Positions 44,475-53,361 of a DNA stretch of 64,000 bases are shown piece by piece; the stretch's first letter is position 1; every line of letters begins with the position of its first letter. This DNA comes from a bacterium. Lineage in GTDB: Bacteria > Fidelibacterota > Fidelibacteria > Fidelibacterales > Fidelibacteraceae. Below the pieces are notes generated by a model, which had not been told where the DNA came from, searched no databases, and saw only the letters and a program-made list of their open reading frames with translations. The translations under genes were made by a program, and so were the position numbers. The stretch lies in contig OY781066.1 of assembly GCA_963676395.1 (NCBI GenBank), positions 800,001 through 864,000 on the forward strand, in the 5' to 3' direction.

Positions 44475-45821
44475 TTATGCAAACAATTTTTCTACTTGTT
44501 TTTTTGATTGAGGTAATACGAAAACAATGACGATATCACCCAGCTTAATTTCATCATTTCCATGAGGTATGATCACTTCTTCATCTCTCATGATCGCACC
44601 CACGATCATTCCTGCTGGAAATTTAATATCACTCAGTGGCTTATCAAGTAATGATATTTTTTTAGATATTTTAATTTTAATTGTCTCAGCATCAACATAA
44701 GGCACCGGAGTAACTGATAATATATCCCCTTTACGGCAATATTTAATAATCTCCCCAAATGCCAGAGATTCGGTAGAAAATACTGAGTCGATATCTTTTA
44801 CCTGATGAATAATCGAAGAGACCGCAACATTAGAGATATTACAAACGGCTTTGTAAGCATGATTTCTTTTTGCCATAACCGCAGAAATAATATTATGCTC
44901 ATCTTTACCGGTAACACAGGCAACAAAAGAATTTTCCATTTCCAAGTCAGACAAGATCGATTGATTTAAACCTGATCCATTTATAATTAAAACATTATCC
45001 AATTCTTCGGTTAATCTGTGACAGATCTTTTCGTCTTCTTCAATAATGGTGACTTTCCGACCTTCTTTAACCATTCTCTTAGCAAATTCTTTACCAATTC
45101 GATTACCACCGATGATCACAACGGATTTAATTTTTACATGTGATGCAAAATAACGTTTGATCACTTCTTTAAGGGCATTGGATTTACCTATAATGTAAAG
45201 TTTATCTCCGGGCTGAAGCACATCTTCTCCACCGGGGATCAATACCTTATTATCTTTTTGAATAGCAATAATACGAACATTTTCCCAAACTTTATTATCT
45301 TCAGTGATCTCTTTAAGTTTAATAGAACCATTTGCAAAACTATCGCTAATAGTTGTACCGATGACCTTAACATTTTCATGCATGAAATGAATATGGTCCA
45401 TTGCATCCGGCTCAGAAATAAGATCTACCAGCTTATTGATCGACAATTGTTTTGTTGCAACCGTTTTATCTATACCAAAATCTCCAGGTACATTCGGCTC
45501 AACCGGAAAATAGTGCATATAGTTTTCCACTTTTGCAATAGTCGTAGCATCACTAAGCTTCTTTACCAACCCACAGGCAATGATATTTACATTATCATTA
45601 TTGCTGAGCGCTAAAAATAAATCTGCCTTTTCAATATTTGCCTGCTTTAATATCCGCACATTATTCCCATCACCATTAATGATGAGACCGTCAATACTGT
45701 CATTTAAATATTTTGACTGTTTCTCGGATTTTTCTATTACGGTAATCTTATGGTTTTCGCGGATCAATTGCTCAGCAACCATTGAACCTAATTCACCTCC
45801 GCCAACAATTACAATATTCAT
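44475..45821 (-). CDS. trkA: Trk potassium uptake NAD-binding subunit
   Basis: Two RCK modules (GGGELG, GGNRIG); adjacent to trkH. Confidence 0.95.
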   Translation of the reverse strand: MNIVIVGGGELGSMVAEQLIRENHKITVIEKSEKQSKYLNDSIDGLIINGDGNNVRILKQANIEKADLFLALSNNDNVNIIACGLVKKLSDATTIAKVENYMHYFPVEPNVPGDFGIDKTVATKQLSINKLVDLISEPDAMDHIHFMHENVKVIGTTISDSFANGSIKLKEITEDNKVWENVRIIAIQKDNKVLIPGGEDVLQPGDKLYIIGKSNALKEVIKRYFASHVKIKSVVIIGGNRIGKEFAKRMVKEGRKVTIIEEDEKICHRLTEELDNVLIINGSGLNQSILSDLEMENSFVACVTGKDEHNIISAVMAKRNHAYKAVCNISNVAVSSIIHQVKDIDSVFSTESLAFGEIIKYCRKGDILSVTPVPYVDAETIKIKISKKISLLDKPLSDIKFPAGMIVGAIMRDEEVIIPHGNDEIKLGDIVIVFVLPQSKKQVEKLFA

Positions 45822-46066
45822 ATAGTAACCTTATCTTTAAGAAAATTGATCATCCAGATTGTCTGATTATGAAATTATTTCTTTGCTTGTGTTCGTCGTT
45901 TTATACAACATGGACGAATTTTATACAAATACATCTCCAAAAACAATGATTATTGTTGTATTTGATGTTGAACAATTGAATTGAGCCAAATCATATTAAT
46001 CATACAGACTTCTTTTTTGTATTCAAAAACTTCATTATCTTACTAAGTAAACTTAGTGAGGTAAAT

Positions 46067-47182
46067 ATGTCAAAAAAAATAATTCCAATTCTAATGCTCG
46101 TTCTTCTGGCGCTTACAACTTCTTGCACAAAAAAATATCCCGAGCTGTCTTCTTCTGATGCTTTAGCAGCCGATACTCTTGGTATAGAGCAAAGCTATTT
46201 GCAAGAGCTTCTTAATAAACCTCTTTACGAATTCAGTGAAAAAGATATTGATACTTACTTGCCTTACCTTCAGTACACTATTCCGGAAATACACGAGAGA
46301 ATAAAACATCTGGCAAGAAAAAGTTTAGGACAACCATACGATATCTACCTTCTAGGCGAATACCCTACCGAGATCTATGACGAACAACCCTTATTTTGTC
46401 TGGATAAAAGTGATTGTGTCGTATTTACCGAACATATTCTTGCTATGGCTATGGGGCATGATTGGCAAAGTTTCTTTTCCATTCTTCAACGTATTCGATA
46501 TAAAGACGGGATCATTTCATATATAACACGAAACCATTTTTCAGAATACGACTGGGGACCAAATAATGCCTGGATCGCTGACAATATTACCGATAAACTG
46601 GCCGGAAAGTATGTCGAAACCGATACAGCATATATCGACAAAGGTCGTTTCTTTAAACGTCGCGGTGTCCCCTATCACATAGAAAAAGATTCCATTATCT
46701 GGAGTTATATTCCTATGAAGGCCATGCCTTTGGTACTAAACAAACTGCAAACGGGTGATATTGTTAATGTCGTTCGAGGATATAAAGCAGGTCGATGGAT
46801 CGGTCATTTTGGCATGGTAATGAAAGATGACGATGGAACAGTTTATTTTTTACATTCTACAAATCCAAAGGTCATTCAGCAGCCCTTTATTGAGGTTTTA
46901 GATAAAATCAATGCATCAAACCTTGAAAAAGAAAAATACAATGCTCCGCTGGAGCTTAAAAATCTAGAGATCAAAGCTTACAATAAAGAACATCCCGAGG
47001 AACCTCTACCTTATGAGAAACTTAAAACTTATACTCTAGGTTATCGATTCTTGCGGGTAAAAGATGACCCTTTGAAAAATATTATGCAAGAAGGTCAGGA
47101 ATTGAGGCTACAGGTAGTTCCGGTCAACATGCCGGCACCAAAAGCCAGCAGACCTGATTCCGTTTTGAACGATCTATACTAA
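46067..47182 (+). CDS. DUF1460/AmiA-like NlpC/P60 peptidoglycan amidase lipoprotein
   Basis: Lipobox TTSC; LGQPY, DCVVF, RNHFS, GHFG, FLHST. Confidence 0.75.
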   Translation: MSKKIIPILMLVLLALTTSCTKKYPELSSSDALAADTLGIEQSYLQELLNKPLYEFSEKDIDTYLPYLQYTIPEIHERIKHLARKSLGQPYDIYLLGEYPTEIYDEQPLFCLDKSDCVVFTEHILAMAMGHDWQSFFSILQRIRYKDGIISYITRNHFSEYDWGPNNAWIADNITDKLAGKYVETDTAYIDKGRFFKRRGVPYHIEKDSIIWSYIPMKAMPLVLNKLQTGDIVNVVRGYKAGRWIGHFGMVMKDDDGTVYFLHSTNPKVIQQPFIEVLDKINASNLEKEKYNAPLELKNLEIKAYNKEHPEEPLPYEKLKTYTLGYRFLRVKDDPLKNIMQEGQELRLQVVPVNMPAPKASRPDSVLNDLY

Positions 47183-47194
47183 ATTCGAGGTCCT

Positions 47195-48277
47195 ATGAAC
47201 AATATGGCAGCTGTAAATATTGCGGTTCTTGCCATTGGATTTTCGCAATCACTCTTTGCGGGGATTATGACTCTGCTTAAAAAAAACGCCAGACTGCCGG
47301 ACAAAATCCTGGCGGTTTGGCTTTTTGCTATATCTACACAAATGTTGATTTCACTCCTCAACCTAAAGTACAATATTATGGCCTTCCCCATTTCACCCTT
47401 TATTTACGGCCCATTGATGTACATTTATATCCGAACGCTTATAGATGATGAGCCAAAACTAAGATCATATTATATCTCCTGGCTTTTACCGATTACAGCA
47501 TTTTTCATTTTGGGGATCATCTATCGAAACCAATCTATACTCTCCTTTGATAGTTTTTTAGACAAGGGACCATACAGAGGTTTGCGCTTTTCATATGCAA
47601 TTATGCTAATGGTATCATTTATCGTTTACTCAATTTTCACCTTTATTAAGATTGGAAAGCATCGAAAAAAAATAAAAGAACTTTTTTCATATACCTCTAA
47701 AAAAATCACACTGGGTTGGGCACTTTTTGTATCAATTTCATTTTTTGTATTATACTTTGGACTTTTTGTCTTGGGATTTACTCGCGTATTATCAAAAAAC
47801 TTCAACTTTGATCCTTTGCTTATCGGCAACTTGATCCTTGTCTTTTATTCTTTTGCCTTTTCGATTTTCGGCTACCAACAAGAACGTATCTATCCCGATG
47901 AATCAAAAGAAAAATATCAACGATCGGGATTACATCCTGCAACTCGTGAAAAATTGCGCCTGGAATTGCTTTCTTGCATGGAAAAAGAAAAACTATACCT
48001 TAACCCTGAATTAAGTATTCTTGATGTTTCTCGAAAATTAGAGACCCAGCGGCATTATATTACCCAAATCCTTAATAATGACATGAAAAAAAACTTTTTC
48101 AGTTTTATTAATGAATACAGAATTGAAGAAGCAAAACAGCGTTTAAACGATAATAAATATTCCAACCTCACCATATTAGCAATTGGCTATGATTCGGGCT
48201 TTAACTCAAAATCTTCATTTAATACTCTATTTAAGAAATATGTGGGAATGACGCCGTCGGAATATAGAAAATTATGA
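47195..48277 (+). CDS. Membrane-anchored AraC-family regulator
   Basis: N-terminal multi-TM domain; C-terminal FINEYRIEEAK...GFNSKSSFN.LFKKYVGMTPSEYR. Confidence 0.92.
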   Translation: MNNMAAVNIAVLAIGFSQSLFAGIMTLLKKNARLPDKILAVWLFAISTQMLISLLNLKYNIMAFPISPFIYGPLMYIYIRTLIDDEPKLRSYYISWLLPITAFFILGIIYRNQSILSFDSFLDKGPYRGLRFSYAIMLMVSFIVYSIFTFIKIGKHRKKIKELFSYTSKKITLGWALFVSISFFVLYFGLFVLGFTRVLSKNFNFDPLLIGNLILVFYSFAFSIFGYQQERIYPDESKEKYQRSGLHPATREKLRLELLSCMEKEKLYLNPELSILDVSRKLETQRHYITQILNNDMKKNFFSFINEYRIEEAKQRLNDNKYSNLTILAIGYDSGFNSKSSFNTLFKKYVGMTPSEYRKL

Positions 48278-48305
48278 ATCACAGAGCGTCTACTAAAACG
48301 TAATA

Positions 48306-49526
48306 TTATTTTTCACCCTTTGTTTCAATATACCCTTTCACCATAACCATGATCTTCTCCAGTACATCAAGATCCATGGTTCCCAATATATCATCCGGAT
48401 GATGATAAGGTTGTTTACCTCCGGACGAATAAAAGAAAATGGCTTTATTGCGAGCCAAGGTAAAAGGGAAATGATCACTGTTTTTCGCATTATCACGCAA
48501 TTTTATTTTTCCAAATTCCTGTTTTTCTGCAATAGTTTGAAAAATTGCGGCTTCGTTGGGGTAGTCCTTAGCAGCCACAGCACCCCAGCCATCATGACCC
48601 GAACCGATCATATCCAAATTCAACATCATCATATTTTGTTTCAAAGGCCGAACGGGTCTACGCACATATTTTCGGGAACCGTAAAGACCCTGCTCTTCTC
48701 CTGTAAAAAAGCAAAAGATCAGTGTGACAGGAGGTGGATTTTCTGCATAATATCGCGCCAAAGCCAACAAGACAGCTACTCCGGATCCATTATCATTGGC
48801 ACCCGGATAATACAAATCACCATAGGCTCCCATATGATCATAATGTGCACCCAAAGTGATAACAGAATCCGGCATGTCGCTACCTTTGATCATACTAATC
48901 ACATTATGTGTTAAAGTTGATGTGTATCTCGTTTTATGATAAGCATAAATATGTTTAATCGTATCCGGCAAAACATCCTTTACAACCTGAAATGTTACCT
49001 GAGGAAATTGTTTGTTTTGACGACTTACAATGGGATAGTTTTCTTCAAACAGCAGGATCTTATTCCGATCCTGTCTTGGAGCATGCTCAATCATATATCG
49101 TTTGACGCCCGACAAAGAGGTCAAATTCAACTTATCTTTTAGCTTCTCCAACTCCTCTGTATTTACTCGATGTACCTCATCCGCTTTATAACAGGCATCT
49201 GTCGTTGGGCAAAAAGGATGCGGAATATAGTCGTATCCAACTCTCAAAGTATCATAATTTATCACAAGAATGGGATCATCTTGTGGCACATTGATCTTGA
49301 TCCGAACATTTTGTTTGCTGACATTCAACCCGATATTTTTAAGTTCTCCGGAAATATAATCTTCAGCCTTATAGATACCTCCGCGGGCGATCCCACGCCC
49401 GAAACACTCCTTGGAAGACAAATATGCGATATCTTTTTTGAAATAATTTTGCAGATCTATATCACTTTCTGTACCCGCAATAAGAAAAGCAAACAGCCAT
49501 ATCAGCAAAACAAGAACCTTTTTCAC
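48306..49526 (-). CDS. M28-family aminopeptidase
   Basis: GAHYDH, GANDNGSG, GEEQGL, NLDM, SDH, YHHPDD. Confidence 0.92.
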   Translation of the reverse strand: MKKVLVLLIWLFAFLIAGTESDIDLQNYFKKDIAYLSSKECFGRGIARGGIYKAEDYISGELKNIGLNVSKQNVRIKINVPQDDPILVINYDTLRVGYDYIPHPFCPTTDACYKADEVHRVNTEELEKLKDKLNLTSLSGVKRYMIEHAPRQDRNKILLFEENYPIVSRQNKQFPQVTFQVVKDVLPDTIKHIYAYHKTRYTSTLTHNVISMIKGSDMPDSVITLGAHYDHMGAYGDLYYPGANDNGSGVAVLLALARYYAENPPPVTLIFCFFTGEEQGLYGSRKYVRRPVRPLKQNMMMLNLDMIGSGHDGWGAVAAKDYPNEAAIFQTIAEKQEFGKIKLRDNAKNSDHFPFTLARNKAIFFYSSGGKQPYHHPDDILGTMDLDVLEKIMVMVKGYIETKGEK

Positions 49527-49622
49527 AATAATTCTCCAATTTTATCTAATTTTCTATAAAAATATAAAAAAAAACCTTGCCTCTAAGAACAAAACATTTT
49601 ATTATTTCGGGCTTTGATAAGT

Positions 49623-49694
49623 GTCCCGTTCGTTCAGCGGTTAGGACTCAGGATTTTCATTCCTGCAACAGGGGTTCGATTCCCCTACGGGATA
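49623..49694 (+). tRNA. tRNA-Glu (anticodon TTC); CCA not encoded
   Basis: Acceptor stem GTCCCGT/ACGGGAT, anticodon arm CAGGA-TTTTCAT-TCCTG, T-arm AGGGG-TTCGATT-CCCCT; followed by CAA. Confidence 0.96.
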
Positions 49695-49699
49695 CAAGC

Positions 49700-49728
49700 A
49701 AAACACCCGATCTGAGATCGGGTGTTTT
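49700..49728 (+). terminator. Terminator after tRNA-Glu
   Basis: aaaacacccgatct-g-agatcgggtgtttt. Confidence 0.85.
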
Positions 49729-49786
49729 CGTTATGGGTCGTTTTTAAAGGCAAATCATTTAATCAACAGTCTTAATCATTTGATTC

Positions 49787-49820
49787 AAAAAAATAAGGAA
49801 CGCTCAAGAGCGCTCCTTAC
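49787..49820 (-). terminator. Terminator of the NifX/DUF134 cluster
   Basis: Minus strand reads taaggagcgctc-tt-gagcgttccttattttttt. Confidence 0.75.
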
Positions 49821-49892
49821 ATTCATTCCACGTACCTTTAAACTATGTACTTTAGATTTTCTTTTTCCCTTTGTCTTGAGAACGTAGCAAGA

Positions 49893-50228
49893 TTAATGAT
49901 CACAAGGATTTTCACCGGTCATCAATGAATCCTGAAGCCATGCCTTTACCACGTCTTCAGGGTCACCCGAAGGTGCACCAATTACAACCTGAATACCATT
50001 ATGAGCAAATAATTGTTGTGCTTTCATACCCATACCACCGGCAAGAATGACATTGGCTTTTTTTTCAGCCAACCAACGAGGTAAAACACCGGGCTCATGA
50101 GGTGGTGGTGTTTTATCTTCAAATGAAACGATATTTTTATCGTCATCTACCGTAAACAAACGGAATTTTTCACAGTGTCCAAAGTGCATTGATAATTGGC
50201 CTTGTACCATTGGAATTGCAATGATCAT
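49893..50228 (-). CDS. NifB/NifX-family (IssA/MTH1175-like) Fe-Mo cofactor-binding protein
   Basis: HFGHCEKF, PPPHEPG, ILAGGMG, NPCDH. Confidence 0.88.
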   Translation of the reverse strand: MIIAIPMVQGQLSMHFGHCEKFRLFTVDDDKNIVSFEDKTPPPHEPGVLPRWLAEKKANVILAGGMGMKAQQLFAHNGIQVVIGAPSGDPEDVVKAWLQDSLMTGENPCDH

Positions 50229-50237
50229 ATTTTTCTC

Positions 50238-52058
50238 CTAATTCATATTGTATTCGTTTTTCAATTTATTATAGATATTTTTTATCGACTTCGCAGCATC
50301 AGAATTCGAATAATGTATAACCGATACTTCTTCTCTCAAAGCATGTTCTACACTTTCATCAAAAGGAATTTCACCCAATACGGTGATTTTTTCTTTAGAG
50401 CAAAATTTAATAATCTCTTCTTTTTGATCCGAGTTCATATCTGATTTATTTATTACAAGCGTAGCGTGCAAATTAAAATGCTTACACAATTTTACCGCAC
50501 GTTTCATATCATGAACGGCAGACATACCGGGTTCAGTGACGATAATAGCTAAATCAGCTCCGGTCGTTGCAGCGATAACAGGACAACCGGTTCCCGGCGG
50601 ACCGTCACCCAAGATCTGTTTCAATTCTTTCTCGTGCGCCACAGCATAAGATTGCTCCTTTACTTGTGAAACAAGTTTACCGGAATTCTCCTCTCCCACA
50701 TGAAGGAAAGCATGTGAAACAGGCCCTCTCACACTCTCAGAGAGGAAAACATAACCCGTCTCAGTATCTTCCATGACTATCGCATCTTCAGGACAGAGAA
50801 GCGTGCAAAACCCACACCCCTCACAAGCTTCATCAATAATCATGTGTTCTTCATTAATAGCATTAAAATGGCAATTTTGTCTACACAGATCACAATGTGT
50901 GCATTTATCTCCATTGATCACGGCCTTTTGCCCTCCGATAAAACGCTTTTCAGAGATCCGTTTCCCTTTTAACATAATGGGTAAATTCGAAGCATCCACA
51001 TCAGCATCAAAAAATAGGGTGTCGTTTGTCATTTCGGCCAGTGCGGCCGAAAGTGTTGTTTTACCGGTTCCACCCTTTCCACTCATGATCACAAATTCAT
51101 TGCAATCTTTAGCCTTAGATTGTCCTTGCCTCTCATAGATTTGCTGTTCACTGAATTGAGTTACCTTGAGAGCCGGTAGCTCTTCTTGTTGCTTGATCCC
51201 CTCAAGAATTTGACCTGTAATACGTCCGAGCTCAATTTTCAATTCTCCATGTTCCTCCATCAGGATCTTGCCTTCGGAACACGAGCGGGCATAACGTTTA
51301 TCAAAAGGGATACGCCCAATAATCGGCACACCACTCTCACGGGAAAATTCCGTGATGATATCTTGCTCTCCTCTTGAGCGATTGACAATGATAGCCGTTG
51401 GTATCTTTATTTGAGCAGCAAGTGCAGCCGCCATTTTTAAATCATTTAATCCAAAGGGTGTCGGCTCCGTCACTAAAAGCACCAAATCCGAGCCCAGCAT
51501 CGTTTCACGCACGGGACAGCCCGCCCCGGGAGATGCATCATAAATTGTTATTGTCTCTTCATTGGGCATGTTTTTTAATTGTCGAATAATTTCCGGAGCT
51601 TGTACTTCTCCTATATTCAACTCTCCCCATGAAAGCTTAAAAGGCTGATCTTTATCTATAAAATGAAATTTTCCTATGGCTTTAGGCTTCAAAGACATTG
51701 CATGATTCGGGCAAACATATTCGCACGCTCCGCATGAATGACAAAGCTCCTCAAATATCAAGGGTTTATTCAGTAAAACTGTAATCGCATTATACTTACA
51801 GGACGTTGCACAAAGGCCTTGACCATCACATATATCCTCATTTACGGAAGCTTTTTTCACATAAGCATTCTCACTGCGATCCGGCTCTTTACTCATAAAT
51901 AAATGGGCATTAGCAGCATCTACATCACAATCCACAAGATGTGTACTTAATTTAAGTTCTTTGGCAAAATATGAGGCTAAACTTAAAGCCAGTGTTGTTT
52001 TTCCGGTCCCACCTTTACCGCTTGCTATGGTTATCTTCATCGTTTTTCTTTCTACCAT
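50238..52058 (-). CDS. Tandem-fused MinD/ParA-type P-loop ATPase with inserted ferredoxin domains
   Basis: Two SGKGGTGKTT deviant Walker A motifs, two DxDVD motifs, four Cys clusters and two PGxGCPV...VTEP motifs in one ORF. Confidence 0.88.
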   Translation of the reverse strand: MVERKTMKITIASGKGGTGKTTLALSLASYFAKELKLSTHLVDCDVDAANAHLFMSKEPDRSENAYVKKASVNEDICDGQGLCATSCKYNAITVLLNKPLIFEELCHSCGACEYVCPNHAMSLKPKAIGKFHFIDKDQPFKLSWGELNIGEVQAPEIIRQLKNMPNEETITIYDASPGAGCPVRETMLGSDLVLLVTEPTPFGLNDLKMAAALAAQIKIPTAIIVNRSRGEQDIITEFSRESGVPIIGRIPFDKRYARSCSEGKILMEEHGELKIELGRITGQILEGIKQQEELPALKVTQFSEQQIYERQGQSKAKDCNEFVIMSGKGGTGKTTLSAALAEMTNDTLFFDADVDASNLPIMLKGKRISEKRFIGGQKAVINGDKCTHCDLCRQNCHFNAINEEHMIIDEACEGCGFCTLLCPEDAIVMEDTETGYVFLSESVRGPVSHAFLHVGEENSGKLVSQVKEQSYAVAHEKELKQILGDGPPGTGCPVIAATTGADLAIIVTEPGMSAVHDMKRAVKLCKHFNLHATLVINKSDMNSDQKEEIIKFCSKEKITVLGEIPFDESVEHALREEVSVIHYSNSDAAKSIKNIYNKLKNEYNMN

Positions 52059-52155
52059 ATCGTATCAATTCAATGATTAAGATTAAAATTGAGATAGAAG
52101 TAAGTTACGAAGAGTAAGCTTCATCACGGAAGCCAACTCAACGCTTGCTTAATCC

Positions 52156-52518
52156 TTAAACCCAATGTCCCTCAACATCAGCGGACGATGCATACTTAAG
52201 CGCTCCACTCTCAAACTTCACTATAGCCTCTGATATCTTTCCGCTTACTCCCGTGATCACCTTCACGCCGACGGTGTCAAACACCCGAAAGGCTTTGGGT
52301 CCGCAATGACTTGTCAGGCAAACATCGGCCTTCATATTAACAACATGCGTGGCAGACTGTATACCCGCTCCCTGAGCTGCTTGATAGTTTTGTTCGTTTG
52401 ATACAAAAGATACCGCTTTACTCTCGGTATCATAAGATACAAAATATGCACAGCGACCAAACCGCTGATCGATATCGGCACTTAAATCTTTTCCGTTTGA
52501 AGGAAATGCTAAAATCAT
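52156..52518 (-). CDS. NifB/NifX-family protein
   Basis: RFGRCAYF, GAGIQSA, HCGPKAF. Confidence 0.88.
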   Translation of the reverse strand: MILAFPSNGKDLSADIDQRFGRCAYFVSYDTESKAVSFVSNEQNYQAAQGAGIQSATHVVNMKADVCLTSHCGPKAFRVFDTVGVKVITGVSGKISEAIVKFESGALKYASSADVEGHWV

Positions 52519-52588
52519 TTATCTATCTTCCTGATTTATCTGTTAACTGGTTTACTTGATATACTAAACGTGGCAATGCTTCGATGTA

Positions 52589-52783
52589 TTACTTTGACTT
52601 GCGGACAAAGCTTCTAAACCCAGCTCTTCTCATTCCACGACCGGAACCCCGACCAAATACTTTCCCAAAAGATCGAGTGATATTAACTGAATTTTTAGTA
52701 TCGCTTGCGGGGTTACAATTTCCTAAACCTCGCCCGGTACGTGTTCCCTGCCCCATTGGACCTTTTCCATTTAAACCAGGCAT
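52589..52783 (-). CDS. DUF5320-family protein (possibly truncated)
   Basis: MPGLNGKGPMGQGTRTGRGLGNC N-terminus and a Gly/Arg-rich segment. Confidence 0.8.
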   Translation of the reverse strand: MPGLNGKGPMGQGTRTGRGLGNCNPASDTKNSVNITRSFGKVFGRGSGRGMRRAGFRSFVRKSK

Positions 52784-52805
52784 CTTATGCTCCTTTTTCT
52801 TATGG

Positions 52806-53237
52806 CTATTTGCTTCTGCCTTCTGGCTCCTGCAAGGAATTTAGCGCTGTCTCAGTCTCGACAGCAGGACTTTCACAGACCGGACAATTATCTTCTTTTG
52901 GCGCGTATGAAGTTTCTGCCCATCTACGGCCGCAACCACGGCAGCGCTTTCGTTCCATAATAACGGGAGTTATCTTGATTGCTTTACCATTAATCAAAGC
53001 ATCGGCAACTTTTTGTCTTGCTCGTTTAACAATATTTCCAAAGGTCTGTCGTGATACGCCCATTAACTCGGCGGCATCGTTCTGATAGCGTTCTTCAAGA
53101 TCGGCTAAACGGATAGCCTCCAACTCATCGGCTTCCAGTGCGACCTCCTCTAATTCGATCATCGCTCTACCGCGAGGTTTAAAATATTCCGCATCAAAAT
53201 CACCATGTATTCGTCGCATTTTGTTGGGTCGTGGCAC
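52806..53237 (-). CDS. DUF134 (UPF0251) DNA-binding protein with a C-terminal zinc ribbon
   Basis: PRP..RRI, FKPRG, ELEAIRLAD, MGVSRQTF..ARQKVADAL..GKAI; CRGC...CPVC. GTG start with an AGGAG RBS. Confidence 0.9.
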   Translation of the reverse strand: MPRPNKMRRIHGDFDAEYFKPRGRAMIELEEVALEADELEAIRLADLEERYQNDAAELMGVSRQTFGNIVKRARQKVADALINGKAIKITPVIMERKRCRGCGRRWAETSYAPKEDNCPVCESPAVETETALNSLQEPEGRSK

Positions 53238-53258
53238 TAACACTCCTTTTAATATTAT

Positions 53259-53270
53259 TGGCATATGCCA
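53259..53270. promoter_or_regulatory. Perfect palindrome TGGCATATGCCA, candidate DUF134 operator
   Basis: 12-bp perfect inverted repeat about 22 nt upstream of the DUF134 start. Confidence 0.55.
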
Positions 53271-53361
53271 GTAATTAATTTAAGATAAAGAATTCGGCTT
53301 GGCAATAAGTATTGTTGCTTTTTATTTATTAATTATTGATAAAAATGGGGAGAATTATGAA

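Noticed and set aside
49893..53237. Nitrogen fixation cluster
   Set aside because: NifX-like and MinD-ferredoxin genes occur widely in non-diazotrophic anaerobes, and no nifHDK is present in the window.
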